From a virus: a stretch of DNA of 64,000 bases. The notes below the pieces were generated by a model that saw only the letters and a program-made list of their open reading frames with translations, did not search any database and had not been told where the DNA came from. Position numbers and translations under genes: made by a program. The DNA is taken from the IMG/VR virus record IMGVR_UViG_3300030060_002738, positions 34,041 through 98,040 of that record; one strand, 5' to 3'. Each line of letters opens with the position of its first letter. Position 1 is the stretch's first letter. Positions 35,149 to 44,395 of this stretch are shown here, one piece after another.

Positions 35149-36225
35149 ATGTCAAAACTATCCTCCCCAAGTGACTTTACAAACATCAATCCAAACTACT
35201 CGCAAGGGAGAGGGTTCTACACTACGCATAGTGATGTGTCACAGTTATTGCAGATAGCAGCATTCAGTTCATCTACCACTCCTTCAATCGCTGAAGTGGG
35301 TACTCTAATCAAAAGAGCAGAGGAAAGAGTAGATGATGTAGTTGGACACTCTTATCGACCAGTAATCTATCACCATGAGTTTCATGGGTTTGAGGCTTTC
35401 AAGATGGGTGCTTATCCAGTAAACAGGTTCAAGGATTACATTGGCTTTGTTCAACTAGAGAGACCTGATGTTCAGAAGATTGTGAGGCTAGAGGTATGGC
35501 AGGGAACTGAGTATGTTGACTTGGCATCTGCCTCTGCTAAGGTAAAAGTTCCATCGAGTCCCACAGGAGGCTCTTGGGTTATCGCTCTAGGTGTAGGAGC
35601 ATACACATTCAACATAACGAAGGGAACTGATTTCTTCGACAACTATGGCCCAAAGACAACTGCGAGTCAAATAGCAGATGCAATTAACGAGGTCTTCCCA
35701 CACAAGACTGCGAAGTTCACTGGTGAGACTTCTGCTAAGTCTGTTACTGCAAACGGTGCGCCTACTGTGAACATATCTGATTTCTTCTATGCCACAACGG
35801 ATAGTGAAGCAGGAGACACAGTTGTAATCTCCTCTCTCTTGATGGGAGAGGATGGTTCTGCTTGTACGATATCATCAACAGTTGGCACAGTGACTCAGTT
35901 CACAGATAACCAAGACCAAAGAAGGTTAGGAGATTACTGGACAATTGGCAAGGATGGTAAGATATTCTTCTTGAAGAACTACCCATTCCTACATTCACAT
36001 TCTGTTCGTGTCACATATGTCAGTGGGGAAAAGAGAGTACCCGCTACGATACATGATGCTGCTACAAAACTGGTTGCAGCCGAAGTCATAAGACATGATG
36101 ACAACTCCATACTCATTGCTGAAACAGGCTCTAACATAGACCTGAAGACCAAGCACGACATACTTCTTGAAGAGGCTAATAAAATACTGAATGGAAAGAA
36201 GGATGTCATACATTTCATTGACTAG
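35149..36225 (+). CDS. head-tail adaptor (neck) protein
   Basis: YTTxxDV...LIKRAEERVD N-terminus and VRVTY..G...VPATIHDAATKLVA C-terminus of gp6/gp15-like adaptors. Confidence 0.7.
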   Translation: MSKLSSPSDFTNINPNYSQGRGFYTTHSDVSQLLQIAAFSSSTTPSIAEVGTLIKRAEERVDDVVGHSYRPVIYHHEFHGFEAFKMGAYPVNRFKDYIGFVQLERPDVQKIVRLEVWQGTEYVDLASASAKVKVPSSPTGGSWVIALGVGAYTFNITKGTDFFDNYGPKTTASQIADAINEVFPHKTAKFTGETSAKSVTANGAPTVNISDFFYATTDSEAGDTVVISSLLMGEDGSACTISSTVGTVTQFTDNQDQRRLGDYWTIGKDGKIFFLKNYPFLHSHSVRVTYVSGEKRVPATIHDAATKLVAAEVIRHDDNSILIAETGSNIDLKTKHDILLEEANKILNGKKDVIHFID

Positions 36226-36232
36226 TGATACT

Positions 36233-36427
36233 ATGAGTGCAAGAGCCAAGTTCATCGAGATTCTGAGAAAGGAACAGGAAAGGAATGAACTTCTAAAAGA
36301 AATGGAAGACATTGTTGGTTTTGATATTAGTTTCTCTGATGAAATGGTTATGCAAAATGCTAGAGATGCGTTTGCTAAAGCATATGACAAGGAATTGAAG
36401 GAGAAGATAAAAATATGGATGAAGTAA
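36233..36427 (+). CDS. small neck-region protein
   Basis: Fills the gap between adaptor and tail-completion genes. Confidence 0.55.
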   Translation: MSARAKFIEILRKEQERNELLKEMEDIVGFDISFSDEMVMQNARDAFAKAYDKELKEKIKIWMK

Positions 36428-36945
36428 CTTTAATCATCAGGCTTCTACAAGATAACTGGTCTTCATCAGCGTCTGCTTTAGTCAGTGCTGGCACTATTAC
36501 AGCAAATCACAATGCCACTCCTAAGTTCATTGATATTCGCTCAATCGAACCACAAGAAGGAAGGAGAGTTGACATCGACTCTGAATCAGTGATTGTAGTG
36601 TTTGAAGATAGTTCCGCTACCAGTTATCCTACAATTGATTATTCTGCTAGAAACGAGGACTTTGCCTTCACTCTACATCTCCGTGTTTTACATCGAAGAG
36701 ATATGACTAGTAACACGTTTTCTAGGGACAGGTTAGAGTCACTATACAAGATAGTCAGATACATCTTTGAAAACAATGCTTTTAGGCCAACTGTCTATGC
36801 AACACCCGCCGATAACACTTCGGCGGCTTTGGGAGATGCAGATTTAGTACGAATAACGTCAAGAAATGAAGCCAATGATAGAGGGAAAAGACTATTGGGA
36901 TATAAGATTGGAGTCGAGATGAAGAGGTTTGCTAGAGCAACATGA
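36415..36945 (+). CDS. putative tail terminator/completion protein
   Basis: Size, predicted alpha/beta pattern and position just before the tail tube gene. Confidence 0.55.
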   Translation: MDEVTLIIRLLQDNWSSSASALVSAGTITANHNATPKFIDIRSIEPQEGRRVDIDSESVIVVFEDSSATSYPTIDYSARNEDFAFTLHLRVLHRRDMTSNTFSRDRLESLYKIVRYIFENNAFRPTVYATPADNTSAALGDADLVRITSRNEANDRGKRLLGYKIGVEMKRFARAT

Positions 36946-36956
36946 GGGATTAGAAA

Positions 36957-38498
36957 ATGGCAAGTAATGAAGTATTCGTAGGCGCAAATGCACAAGTAGG
37001 AATGAGTCCTGAGTTGGACTTGTATTTTCAGGATGCTGTTCTCTCAAGCAGTACAACTCTAACACTATCAAGCGGTCAGCAAACCCTAGTTCATTTAGTC
37101 CCTGATTTGTATATCGGCTGCACCGTGAAGATTGGAGCATTGGCTTCAAACGATGCAACTTCATATCGAACTATCGTAGATAACACTACCACAACCATAG
37201 TCATAGATTCCGCACCAGTTGACTCCAACGGCAGTGCAGTAACTTCAGGAACTATGGATGCGACTATACTCTCGTTTGGCGCACCTCTCTATGCTTCTAG
37301 AGATGGCGGTACTAATCCTAGAATACACTCTGATAGTTGGCTAGGGCTAGTTAACACATTCACACCACCAAGCGTAGAGGTGGAGATGAAGCAACTCAAC
37401 CTTGCTGCCGCAGGTGGTAGGAACTTCGACTATCAGTACAAAGGAGCAGAGACAGTAAGCGGAGGCTCGTTAGATGTCTCTCTCAACAACGGCTCTTGGC
37501 TCTACTACGCACTAGGTAAACTATCCTACACCCTGTCAGGAACACATGCTACTCTAAGCACATCAAATGGAGAGAATGCAATTGCTGTCAATGCATCAGC
37601 AAACAGGATACTTAGGTCTTACGAACACAACAACTACCCTGAGATAGATGGTGGTGGTTCTGACTTGGCTATCAGTAACTTGCAGGTATACAATGGCTCA
37701 GACATGTTCAACTACACTTTCAGTGAAGCAGACGATGATGTTCTTCCATCCTTCGCTCTTGATGTAGTATACAGGAAAGCAGGACAGAGCAACTCGACTG
37801 CACTAGATTCCCTATCACCTAACGAGAACATGTACTCTAGAATCTTCACAGGATGTCAGATAAACACTCTCACTCTGAACTTTGAAGAAGGTCAGGAACT
37901 AAAGTGTTCAATGGATTTGGTTTCAAGAAGGGCTTTCGACCCTCCTGCTAACTATGTTCCCCTTGGTGGAAATGCATCCTTGACTTCTCTAAGCGATGCT
38001 GAGAATGGTAGGGGAATAGTCAATTACAGTTCCACGCTAACAGACAACTACCCCTTCCTATTCTCCGATGGAGACATCACATTGTTCGGTCAGTCCTTGG
38101 GTAAGGTGAAGGGCGGTTCTCTTGTAATTAACAACAACTTGCTACCACAGAGGTTCATTGGCAACTACAACAGACAGATTGCATCTGCTCATCTACCCGG
38201 TCAGAGAACGTATGAGTTGACTTTGACCATGTTGATAACAGACACGAAACTATGGGATGAGTTAAGGAATGACAACGAATCTAGCGGTGCTTTGAGATTG
38301 AAGTTCACAAAGGACTCAGGCGAGGAGATAGACATTCAACTTGCTGACTATCTAATTAATGCGGTTACTGTGCCTTTCCCTGAAGACAAAGGGCCAGTAG
38401 AGGTAGAGGCTTCCATAACAGCAAGAACGCTCACAACTGCTACCTACACAGGTAAGTGGGCAATCATGACTCTTGGCGGTAGTGCAACAGGTAATTAG
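36957..38498 (+). CDS. major tail tube protein
   Basis: Position; RIFTGCQINTLTLNFEEGQ, GQRTYELTLTM; followed by chaperone and tape measure. Confidence 0.75.
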   Translation: MASNEVFVGANAQVGMSPELDLYFQDAVLSSSTTLTLSSGQQTLVHLVPDLYIGCTVKIGALASNDATSYRTIVDNTTTTIVIDSAPVDSNGSAVTSGTMDATILSFGAPLYASRDGGTNPRIHSDSWLGLVNTFTPPSVEVEMKQLNLAAAGGRNFDYQYKGAETVSGGSLDVSLNNGSWLYYALGKLSYTLSGTHATLSTSNGENAIAVNASANRILRSYEHNNYPEIDGGGSDLAISNLQVYNGSDMFNYTFSEADDDVLPSFALDVVYRKAGQSNSTALDSLSPNENMYSRIFTGCQINTLTLNFEEGQELKCSMDLVSRRAFDPPANYVPLGGNASLTSLSDAENGRGIVNYSSTLTDNYPFLFSDGDITLFGQSLGKVKGGSLVINNNLLPQRFIGNYNRQIASAHLPGQRTYELTLTMLITDTKLWDELRNDNESSGALRLKFTKDSGEEIDIQLADYLINAVTVPFPEDKGPVEVEASITARTLTTATYTGKWAIMTLGGSATGN

Positions 38499-38586
38499 GA
38501 GGCGTGACCAAATTAGGTAACGCTATCCTTTTTTCGATTCCACCAACACGTTTGTTTGTTGGTATATTAGTTAGGTGGAAAGAAAA

Positions 38587-38955
38587 ATGACAGAAAGAAA
38601 AATTGTAAGTGATAAGACTAGGCTGTTCGCAAGAACGGCAACCGAATGCCATCAGATTAGGGTAGCCTCTGACTCTGATGAATACCTCCAAGTGTGGATT
38701 AAAGAACCAACTTGGTTACAGGTAGAACAGGCGTTATCGTCTGTGATGGATATGGATGCTCAGGGTCAGACTATGGGCATCAATCTAAACAAGATGTATA
38801 GATACATGGTTGAGAACTTCGTAGAGAAGACTGAGCCTCAACTATCTACTACTGACTTAATTAGACTCAATCCCTATATTGGTTCACAACTGAAAGACAT
38901 ACTCCCCAATCCGTTCGTGGATGTAATGGGAGATGATAAGGGAAACGAAAACTAA
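38587..38955 (+). CDS. tail assembly chaperone (gpG-like)
   Basis: Between tail tube and tape measure; slippery heptamer just before the stop. Confidence 0.75.
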   Translation: MTERKIVSDKTRLFARTATECHQIRVASDSDEYLQVWIKEPTWLQVEQALSSVMDMDAQGQTMGINLNKMYRYMVENFVEKTEPQLSTTDLIRLNPYIGSQLKDILPNPFVDVMGDDKGNEN

Positions 38956-39155
38956 TCCGTAGGGCTTTGAAAGGGGGAAAGGTTAGCAGTGAGGTTGGGA
39001 TGAAGATTATGCTTTACACCTACTGCACTACTTTCTCGATAAATCCTATGGAGGCTTATGATACACCAGTATCGGTAGTGAAGGAAATGTTGGAAATACA
39101 TGGAGAGATAAAGAAACTGGAATCGGAGGCAATTAAAGAAGGAAGTAAGAAGTGA
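38940..39155 (+). CDS. tail assembly chaperone -1 frameshift extension (gpGT-like)
   Basis: G-GGA-AAC at 38940-38946; -1 frame open (GKRKLIRRALKGGK...) to 39155. Confidence 0.75.
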   Translation, partial: GKRKLIRRALKGGKVSSEVGMKIMLYTYCTTFSINPMEAYDTPVSVVKEMLEIHGEIKKLESEAIKEGSKK

Positions 39156-39161
39156 TTTGTA

Positions 39162-41153
39162 ATGTCAACACAGGATGATATCAAAGAAATCCGTGAGGAA
39201 TTTGAGCGTGTTGACCTAGCCATTATCGATGGCGCAAAGAACATGAGAACACTTCAAGCATCATTAAGCAGAACAAATGCGATAATGGGTTCAAAGAATT
39301 GGGAGGTTTTCTCTCGATTCATATCAGGAACAGGACTTTGGAGAGTACAGAACAGAATCAAGGCTACTGTCATCCTTCTCAATGAGATGGCTAGTTCGAC
39401 AGAGCGAAGAAGACTAGAGGAAGTAAAGCAACTCAAGGTCTATGCAGAGATTGCAGAACAATCAGAAGAAATACAAAAAATACAGGCTAACTTAGAGAAA
39501 GCAGAATCGGGAACAGGTAAAGTCAGAGAAAAGGCTTTGAAAGATTTGAAGGGACAATCAAAGATTTTTGGTGGTTTATTATTCCAATATCAAGACCAAA
39601 ATAAAGCCCTAAAAGAAATGGGTAAATTGATGACAAAACAAGTTAAGGATATGGAAACACTTGAGAGAACCGCTACGAGAACCGCAAGAAGAAGACGGGA
39701 AGGACTCATTGCTAATTCATTGACTATCAAATTATTAACGGCAATTAAAAAGAAAGGGGATGGAATCTTCAAAACACAGAAAGATATTGCTACCACTAAA
39801 ATGACCGAAGGCATGGAAAAACTCAAGGGTCAATTTGATGAATATTTTGGCAATACAATGTCAAAAGACCTCAAAGACCAATTTGCTAATTTAGGAAAGG
39901 GTTTCACAGGAGAAGAGGAATTTGAAGCAGCAGACCCTACTAAAAGTAAAAGCAGGAATAGAATTGCTGGAAAGATGGTAGATAAAAAAACATTTGCTGA
40001 ATTCAAGAAACTGAGAGAAAAGGTCGAAAGTGAAAAGGATGCAAAAAAGGGAAGACGGTCACTTCTCAAGATGGCAAAGGTCGTTACAACACCTGTGACT
40101 AATATGGCTAAGTTTCTAGGAAGAATAGCGAAAGGAATTGCTCTTGTCGTTAAGAGTATGCTAATTGCCGCAGGATACCTGCTTCTTGTAATGTTAATTC
40201 TAACATTGTTGAAGAGTATTTTTGATGAAACGAAAGATGAGTTGATTCTTGGGTTTAACAAAATAAAGGAAGTATTCTCAATTGGAATGGCTATGGTTTC
40301 TTCGGGATTAGCAGATGCAAAGAGTGCTATACAAGCAATATTTACTGCATTCAAAGAAGGTGATTTAGTTGGTGTCGTTTTTGGGGTGGGTGAATTACTG
40401 TTAGCGGGGCTTAAAGTTCTAGGCGGTTTGTTGGTTGCCACACTAGGGGCAGTTTTCGCTGGCATTGGGACATATTTCCTTGAATTAGGTAGAACAGGAT
40501 ATGACGCTATATTCAAGGCAACTGGTAATGCTAAAGCGGCTTTCGTAGGGGGAGCATTGAAAATAATAAGTGTTGTTATGAGAGTAGTAGCAGCAGTGGC
40601 TTTCCTCGCTGTATTCTTTGGTGGGGGTTGGATTGCAGTGTTAGTTGGAGCAGTTGCTGTGGTATTGTATAAGATAGCAGAAACCATCTATGATAATCTA
40701 GATAAGATTTTCTTTTCCATTTCATTACTGAAAGTATTTGCTTCTTCAATAATAAACATATTAGAAGGAATACCTGAACAAATTGGTAATTTTATTGGTG
40801 ATAAGTTCAAGGAAGCAATGGATGTTGGCGGTAATGTCAAGGATAAAGTCGGAGGAGCATTTAGTAGTGCTAAGAACTTTATTGGATTAGCAGAAGGTGG
40901 AAGAGTCAGCCGAAGCGGTCTTGCTATTGTTGGAGAACGTGGGCCTGAACTGGTGCAACTACCAAGAGGAGCGCAAGTTCATTCTAACACTGCATCTAAG
41001 GCTATGTCTTCCTCAGTTACTAATCACATAACAGTACAAGTAACCGGAAGAGTCGGTGCTTCTGATACTGAGATAAAGGACATAGCAAACAAGGTAGCAA
41101 GAGAGATAAACTCAAGAATGAATAGGACAGCAACATCGGTGGTGAAATTCTAA
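39162..41153 (+). CDS. tail tape measure protein
   Basis: Helical, with hydrophobic A/G-rich segments; C-terminal LAEGG...VGERGPELV. Confidence 0.85.
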   Translation: MSTQDDIKEIREEFERVDLAIIDGAKNMRTLQASLSRTNAIMGSKNWEVFSRFISGTGLWRVQNRIKATVILLNEMASSTERRRLEEVKQLKVYAEIAEQSEEIQKIQANLEKAESGTGKVREKALKDLKGQSKIFGGLLFQYQDQNKALKEMGKLMTKQVKDMETLERTATRTARRRREGLIANSLTIKLLTAIKKKGDGIFKTQKDIATTKMTEGMEKLKGQFDEYFGNTMSKDLKDQFANLGKGFTGEEEFEAADPTKSKSRNRIAGKMVDKKTFAEFKKLREKVESEKDAKKGRRSLLKMAKVVTTPVTNMAKFLGRIAKGIALVVKSMLIAAGYLLLVMLILTLLKSIFDETKDELILGFNKIKEVFSIGMAMVSSGLADAKSAIQAIFTAFKEGDLVGVVFGVGELLLAGLKVLGGLLVATLGAVFAGIGTYFLELGRTGYDAIFKATGNAKAAFVGGALKIISVVMRVVAAVAFLAVFFGGGWIAVLVGAVAVVLYKIAETIYDNLDKIFFSISLLKVFASSIINILEGIPEQIGNFIGDKFKEAMDVGGNVKDKVGGAFSSAKNFIGLAEGGRVSRSGLAIVGERGPELVQLPRGAQVHSNTASKAMSSSVTNHITVQVTGRVGASDTEIKDIANKVAREINSRMNRTATSVVKF

Positions 41154-41154
41154 A

Positions 41155-41904
41155 ATGGCAACAAGTGACAGTTACAGCAACTTCAGCGTTTTTCTAGAAC
41201 TGCAAAGAAGGAATGAGATAGGCGGAGACAGGGCAGTGAATAGAATACCACTGTTCGTGACGGAGATAGGAATCAACACAAGCAAGACAGTTCCCACTCT
41301 ACCAGTTCCCTTTGCTACTATGGCAACCGGAAAGTCAGAGACTCTTGCCTTTGACATGGGTATAGCGAACAAGGCGATAAGCCTCACAGGAACGCTCCTG
41401 AATCAAAGAATATCCAAAGACACAGGAGAAGGAAGTGATTCTGCTAAGGAGAGGATACTAACACCATTTGAGATGGCTCAATTGATACATTCCTATGTTG
41501 ATAGCAGTGCGGCACAGGATGACCAGTCAATGAACAGACTTATCATTCTGATGCCTAGCAGAATCGATACGAACTTTAACTATCACACAACAGATGACGA
41601 AACAAATGACATGTCAGACTTACCACTCATTCCATTCACCTATGAGAATAGAAGATACGATGAGAGATTTAAGAGAGCGGCAAACGATTTCATAGACTCG
41701 ACAACAGGAGTTTCTGATTTGATTGACATCTCTCCTCTCTCAGCATTCTCAGATGTTTCAGATGTTGATGAGATAACAGGAATGTCAGGATTCATACGCT
41801 CCTTCAACACCACCTTCGCAGGTGAGCAAGCAAACGCTGTACCATTCACCTTGGAGTTTGAGGTTGCTAAGGTTCTAGCAGAAAACCCAATCAACAACAT
41901 GTAG
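41155..41904 (+). CDS. putative distal tail/hub protein
   Basis: Directly after the tape measure gene; beta-rich. Confidence 0.5.
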   Translation: MATSDSYSNFSVFLELQRRNEIGGDRAVNRIPLFVTEIGINTSKTVPTLPVPFATMATGKSETLAFDMGIANKAISLTGTLLNQRISKDTGEGSDSAKERILTPFEMAQLIHSYVDSSAAQDDQSMNRLIILMPSRIDTNFNYHTTDDETNDMSDLPLIPFTYENRRYDERFKRAANDFIDSTTGVSDLIDISPLSAFSDVSDVDEITGMSGFIRSFNTTFAGEQANAVPFTLEFEVAKVLAENPINNM

Positions 41905-41912
41905 GTGAATGA

Positions 41913-44393
41913 ATGGCAACAACAGCACATGTAGGAGATACAAGGGCATTGGTATTTCCTGTAATGTGCGATGGACATCTGAAGATAGAGTATGATGACT
42001 ACAACAGCAACGACTTGACTGGAAGCAATACGATAGACGAGTCAAGACATCCTCTATGGGATTACGGAGGGCCATTCAGTATCGAAGCGATAGTCACACC
42101 CTATGATGTGAATGGGGTTGGTCATAGAACATCAGGACAAGGAAGGCTCGATAGCACAAAGACTCCTCCTAGTCCAAACCTATCACTAGACGACCAAGCA
42201 GATACCACATCCAACTATGAGAGTGTCAGTTACTTCGGAGCAGGTAGAGGAACTCATAAGATGATGATATTCTGCAATGACTACCTAAAGTTCTACTTGC
42301 AGAACACAACATCCTCCAACTTCAATCAGCCAGCAGAATACAAAATGGTAGTAGAATTGACTGATTCAGTAGGTACACCAATAGCACATACTGTTGCGAG
42401 TGAGCCAGTATTCGTGTCTAAGAAATCACTGATTGGATACTACGACTCTGATGGTCTTTACAGTGGCATAACAACAGACAAGACGAAAATAACCAGTAGT
42501 GCAACAGGCTCTCTCCCCATTGCAACGGCACAAGTAACAGGTAACTTGGCTAGTTTCACAAACACTGCTGAAGTACAGGGTACTGCCACATTCACTGTGG
42601 ATGATGTTCCCGGTTCTTCCCATCTAGATACTGCGGCAGGTTCAGGAACTGAACCAACCGGGTCAGTAGTATTCAGTAGTATTGCTGATGAGGAGTGCTT
42701 TCATCCCGGAGCGTCATATGCTGATAACGCTGCCTTTACTGCTGCCATAGATAATTCGTCATTCAGAGTATTCAACGATGGCACTACTTCGGCTGATACT
42801 CTGATGATAGTGTGTATTGCTGACCAAAATTTTCCCGGTTCAACAAAGAATGGAGAGACTCTGATGGCTCTATTGAATGCGGGTGGGGTAAACGACATTG
42901 GCAATTATATTGGCACTGGCTTCGGACAAGCATTATGTTTGTCAATAACAGGAACTACCACTACTGATGCGGCTAATCTAAGAAATCTTATTGGAACACA
43001 CGCAACCACAAACATAAGCGGTTTTGACTTACGAGCATTAACCGTGGGTAGTGCTAGTCCCACTGTTAGCATAACAACGACAACTGGTGTATCTAGCACA
43101 ACTCTTGCTAACTATAACCAAACCATAACAAAGGGAAGTAATCTATCTGCACTTTCTGTTTCGGGGATGTCGGGAGGAGTGAATGCATCATCGGGAAGTA
43201 ATGTAAACTATTACATGACAGTCAGATTGCGAAACTCAAATGGTTCTTTAACGGCTGCTAAATACTTCAAGTTCTTTAGTGGTACTTTTACAAATGGAGC
43301 ATTGGATACTAACAGCACGACAAGCGTTAGTCCTGTTCACAAGGTTCTGATAGGCGGTAATGAGAGTGTCACTGCTACTTATTTAGCAGGAGCAATCAAT
43401 GCTGCATTCACAGGAACTGGCTTTGGGGGAACTGAGGCAGCAGCCAGTGGGAGCGTAGTCACAGTAACTTCCCCAAGCAATGCAGCCCAATCAAGCCAAT
43501 TTTTATCAAGAGTAAGTGGTTATTCTAGTATTATCACAGTGAGTGGCAGTCAGTTTTCCAACTACTCTGCTGCAAGTACACCAACCGCATTCATCACTCT
43601 AGAGGACAGTGCTGGTCTCGTCAAGAAGTACAAGCCAACCAAAGGAGATAACAGCGAGACCAATGGTTCTACTGCAACAGAAGGAAGCAATGATGTTGTC
43701 TTCTTTACAAATGTAGTTGGTAACACGCAGACGACTGCTCAGAATCTACGAACAGCGATTAATGGAAGTTCAGGACATAATGGCTCTCTCACAGTATCTA
43801 GAAGTGGTAGTACGCTAACAATAGTAGCCGCATCAGCAGGAGACCAAGCAATTAGCAATACAGGAATAAGTTCGGGTTTGACAATAGGAGCATTCAGCAC
43901 CAATGTCAATGACATCAATGTAGGGTCAGGTGAAGCAGATGGAATAGGTGCTGGTAATGAGATATACAACAATGTCGGGACACTCATAGGAACTGTCTCT
44001 TCAGTAAGCGGAAACACGATTACACTTGCATCTGCTCCTGCTACAACAGTCACAGGAACGATATACAGGGAACAGCAGAAGGAGGCTCTGTATTTGGAGC
44101 AACCAAGTAAAGTTGGCATGTCCTTTGATGGGAATACCATCACCTTGTATCTGAATAATCAACCAGTGAAGAGAGCAAAGGTAAACATCGGTAAGTTCAG
44201 ATTGGATACGAGTCCGGGTGACTGCTTCATAGGACAGAATGGAACTCTATCTGCTACTGCTAGAAAGGCCACTCAATTCATGGGAGAACTCTATGAGATT
44301 GCGTTTCACAAGTCTGCTACTCCTTGCCCTACCATCACGACCCTTACTCCTAATTACAGTGATACTCTATTCTACTACTCTTTTGGTGATTGA
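41913..44393 (+). CDS. tail tip/adhesin protein with LamG-like ends
   Basis: S/T/G-rich; FSIEAIVTP near N-terminus and ITLYLNN...CFIGQ...FMGELYEIAF at C-terminus. Confidence 0.6.
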   Translation: MATTAHVGDTRALVFPVMCDGHLKIEYDDYNSNDLTGSNTIDESRHPLWDYGGPFSIEAIVTPYDVNGVGHRTSGQGRLDSTKTPPSPNLSLDDQADTTSNYESVSYFGAGRGTHKMMIFCNDYLKFYLQNTTSSNFNQPAEYKMVVELTDSVGTPIAHTVASEPVFVSKKSLIGYYDSDGLYSGITTDKTKITSSATGSLPIATAQVTGNLASFTNTAEVQGTATFTVDDVPGSSHLDTAAGSGTEPTGSVVFSSIADEECFHPGASYADNAAFTAAIDNSSFRVFNDGTTSADTLMIVCIADQNFPGSTKNGETLMALLNAGGVNDIGNYIGTGFGQALCLSITGTTTTDAANLRNLIGTHATTNISGFDLRALTVGSASPTVSITTTTGVSSTTLANYNQTITKGSNLSALSVSGMSGGVNASSGSNVNYYMTVRLRNSNGSLTAAKYFKFFSGTFTNGALDTNSTTSVSPVHKVLIGGNESVTATYLAGAINAAFTGTGFGGTEAAASGSVVTVTSPSNAAQSSQFLSRVSGYSSIITVSGSQFSNYSAASTPTAFITLEDSAGLVKKYKPTKGDNSETNGSTATEGSNDVVFFTNVVGNTQTTAQNLRTAINGSSGHNGSLTVSRSGSTLTIVAASAGDQAISNTGISSGLTIGAFSTNVNDINVGSGEADGIGAGNEIYNNVGTLIGTVSSVSGNTITLASAPATTVTGTIYREQQKEALYLEQPSKVGMSFDGNTITLYLNNQPVKRAKVNIGKFRLDTSPGDCFIGQNGTLSATARKATQFMGELYEIAFHKSATPCPTITTLTPNYSDTLFYYSFGD

Positions 44394-44395
44394 TA

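Noticed and set aside
36957-38498. Contractile tail sheath
   Set aside because: There is only one major tail gene, followed directly by chaperone and tape measure, which fits a non-contractile tail.
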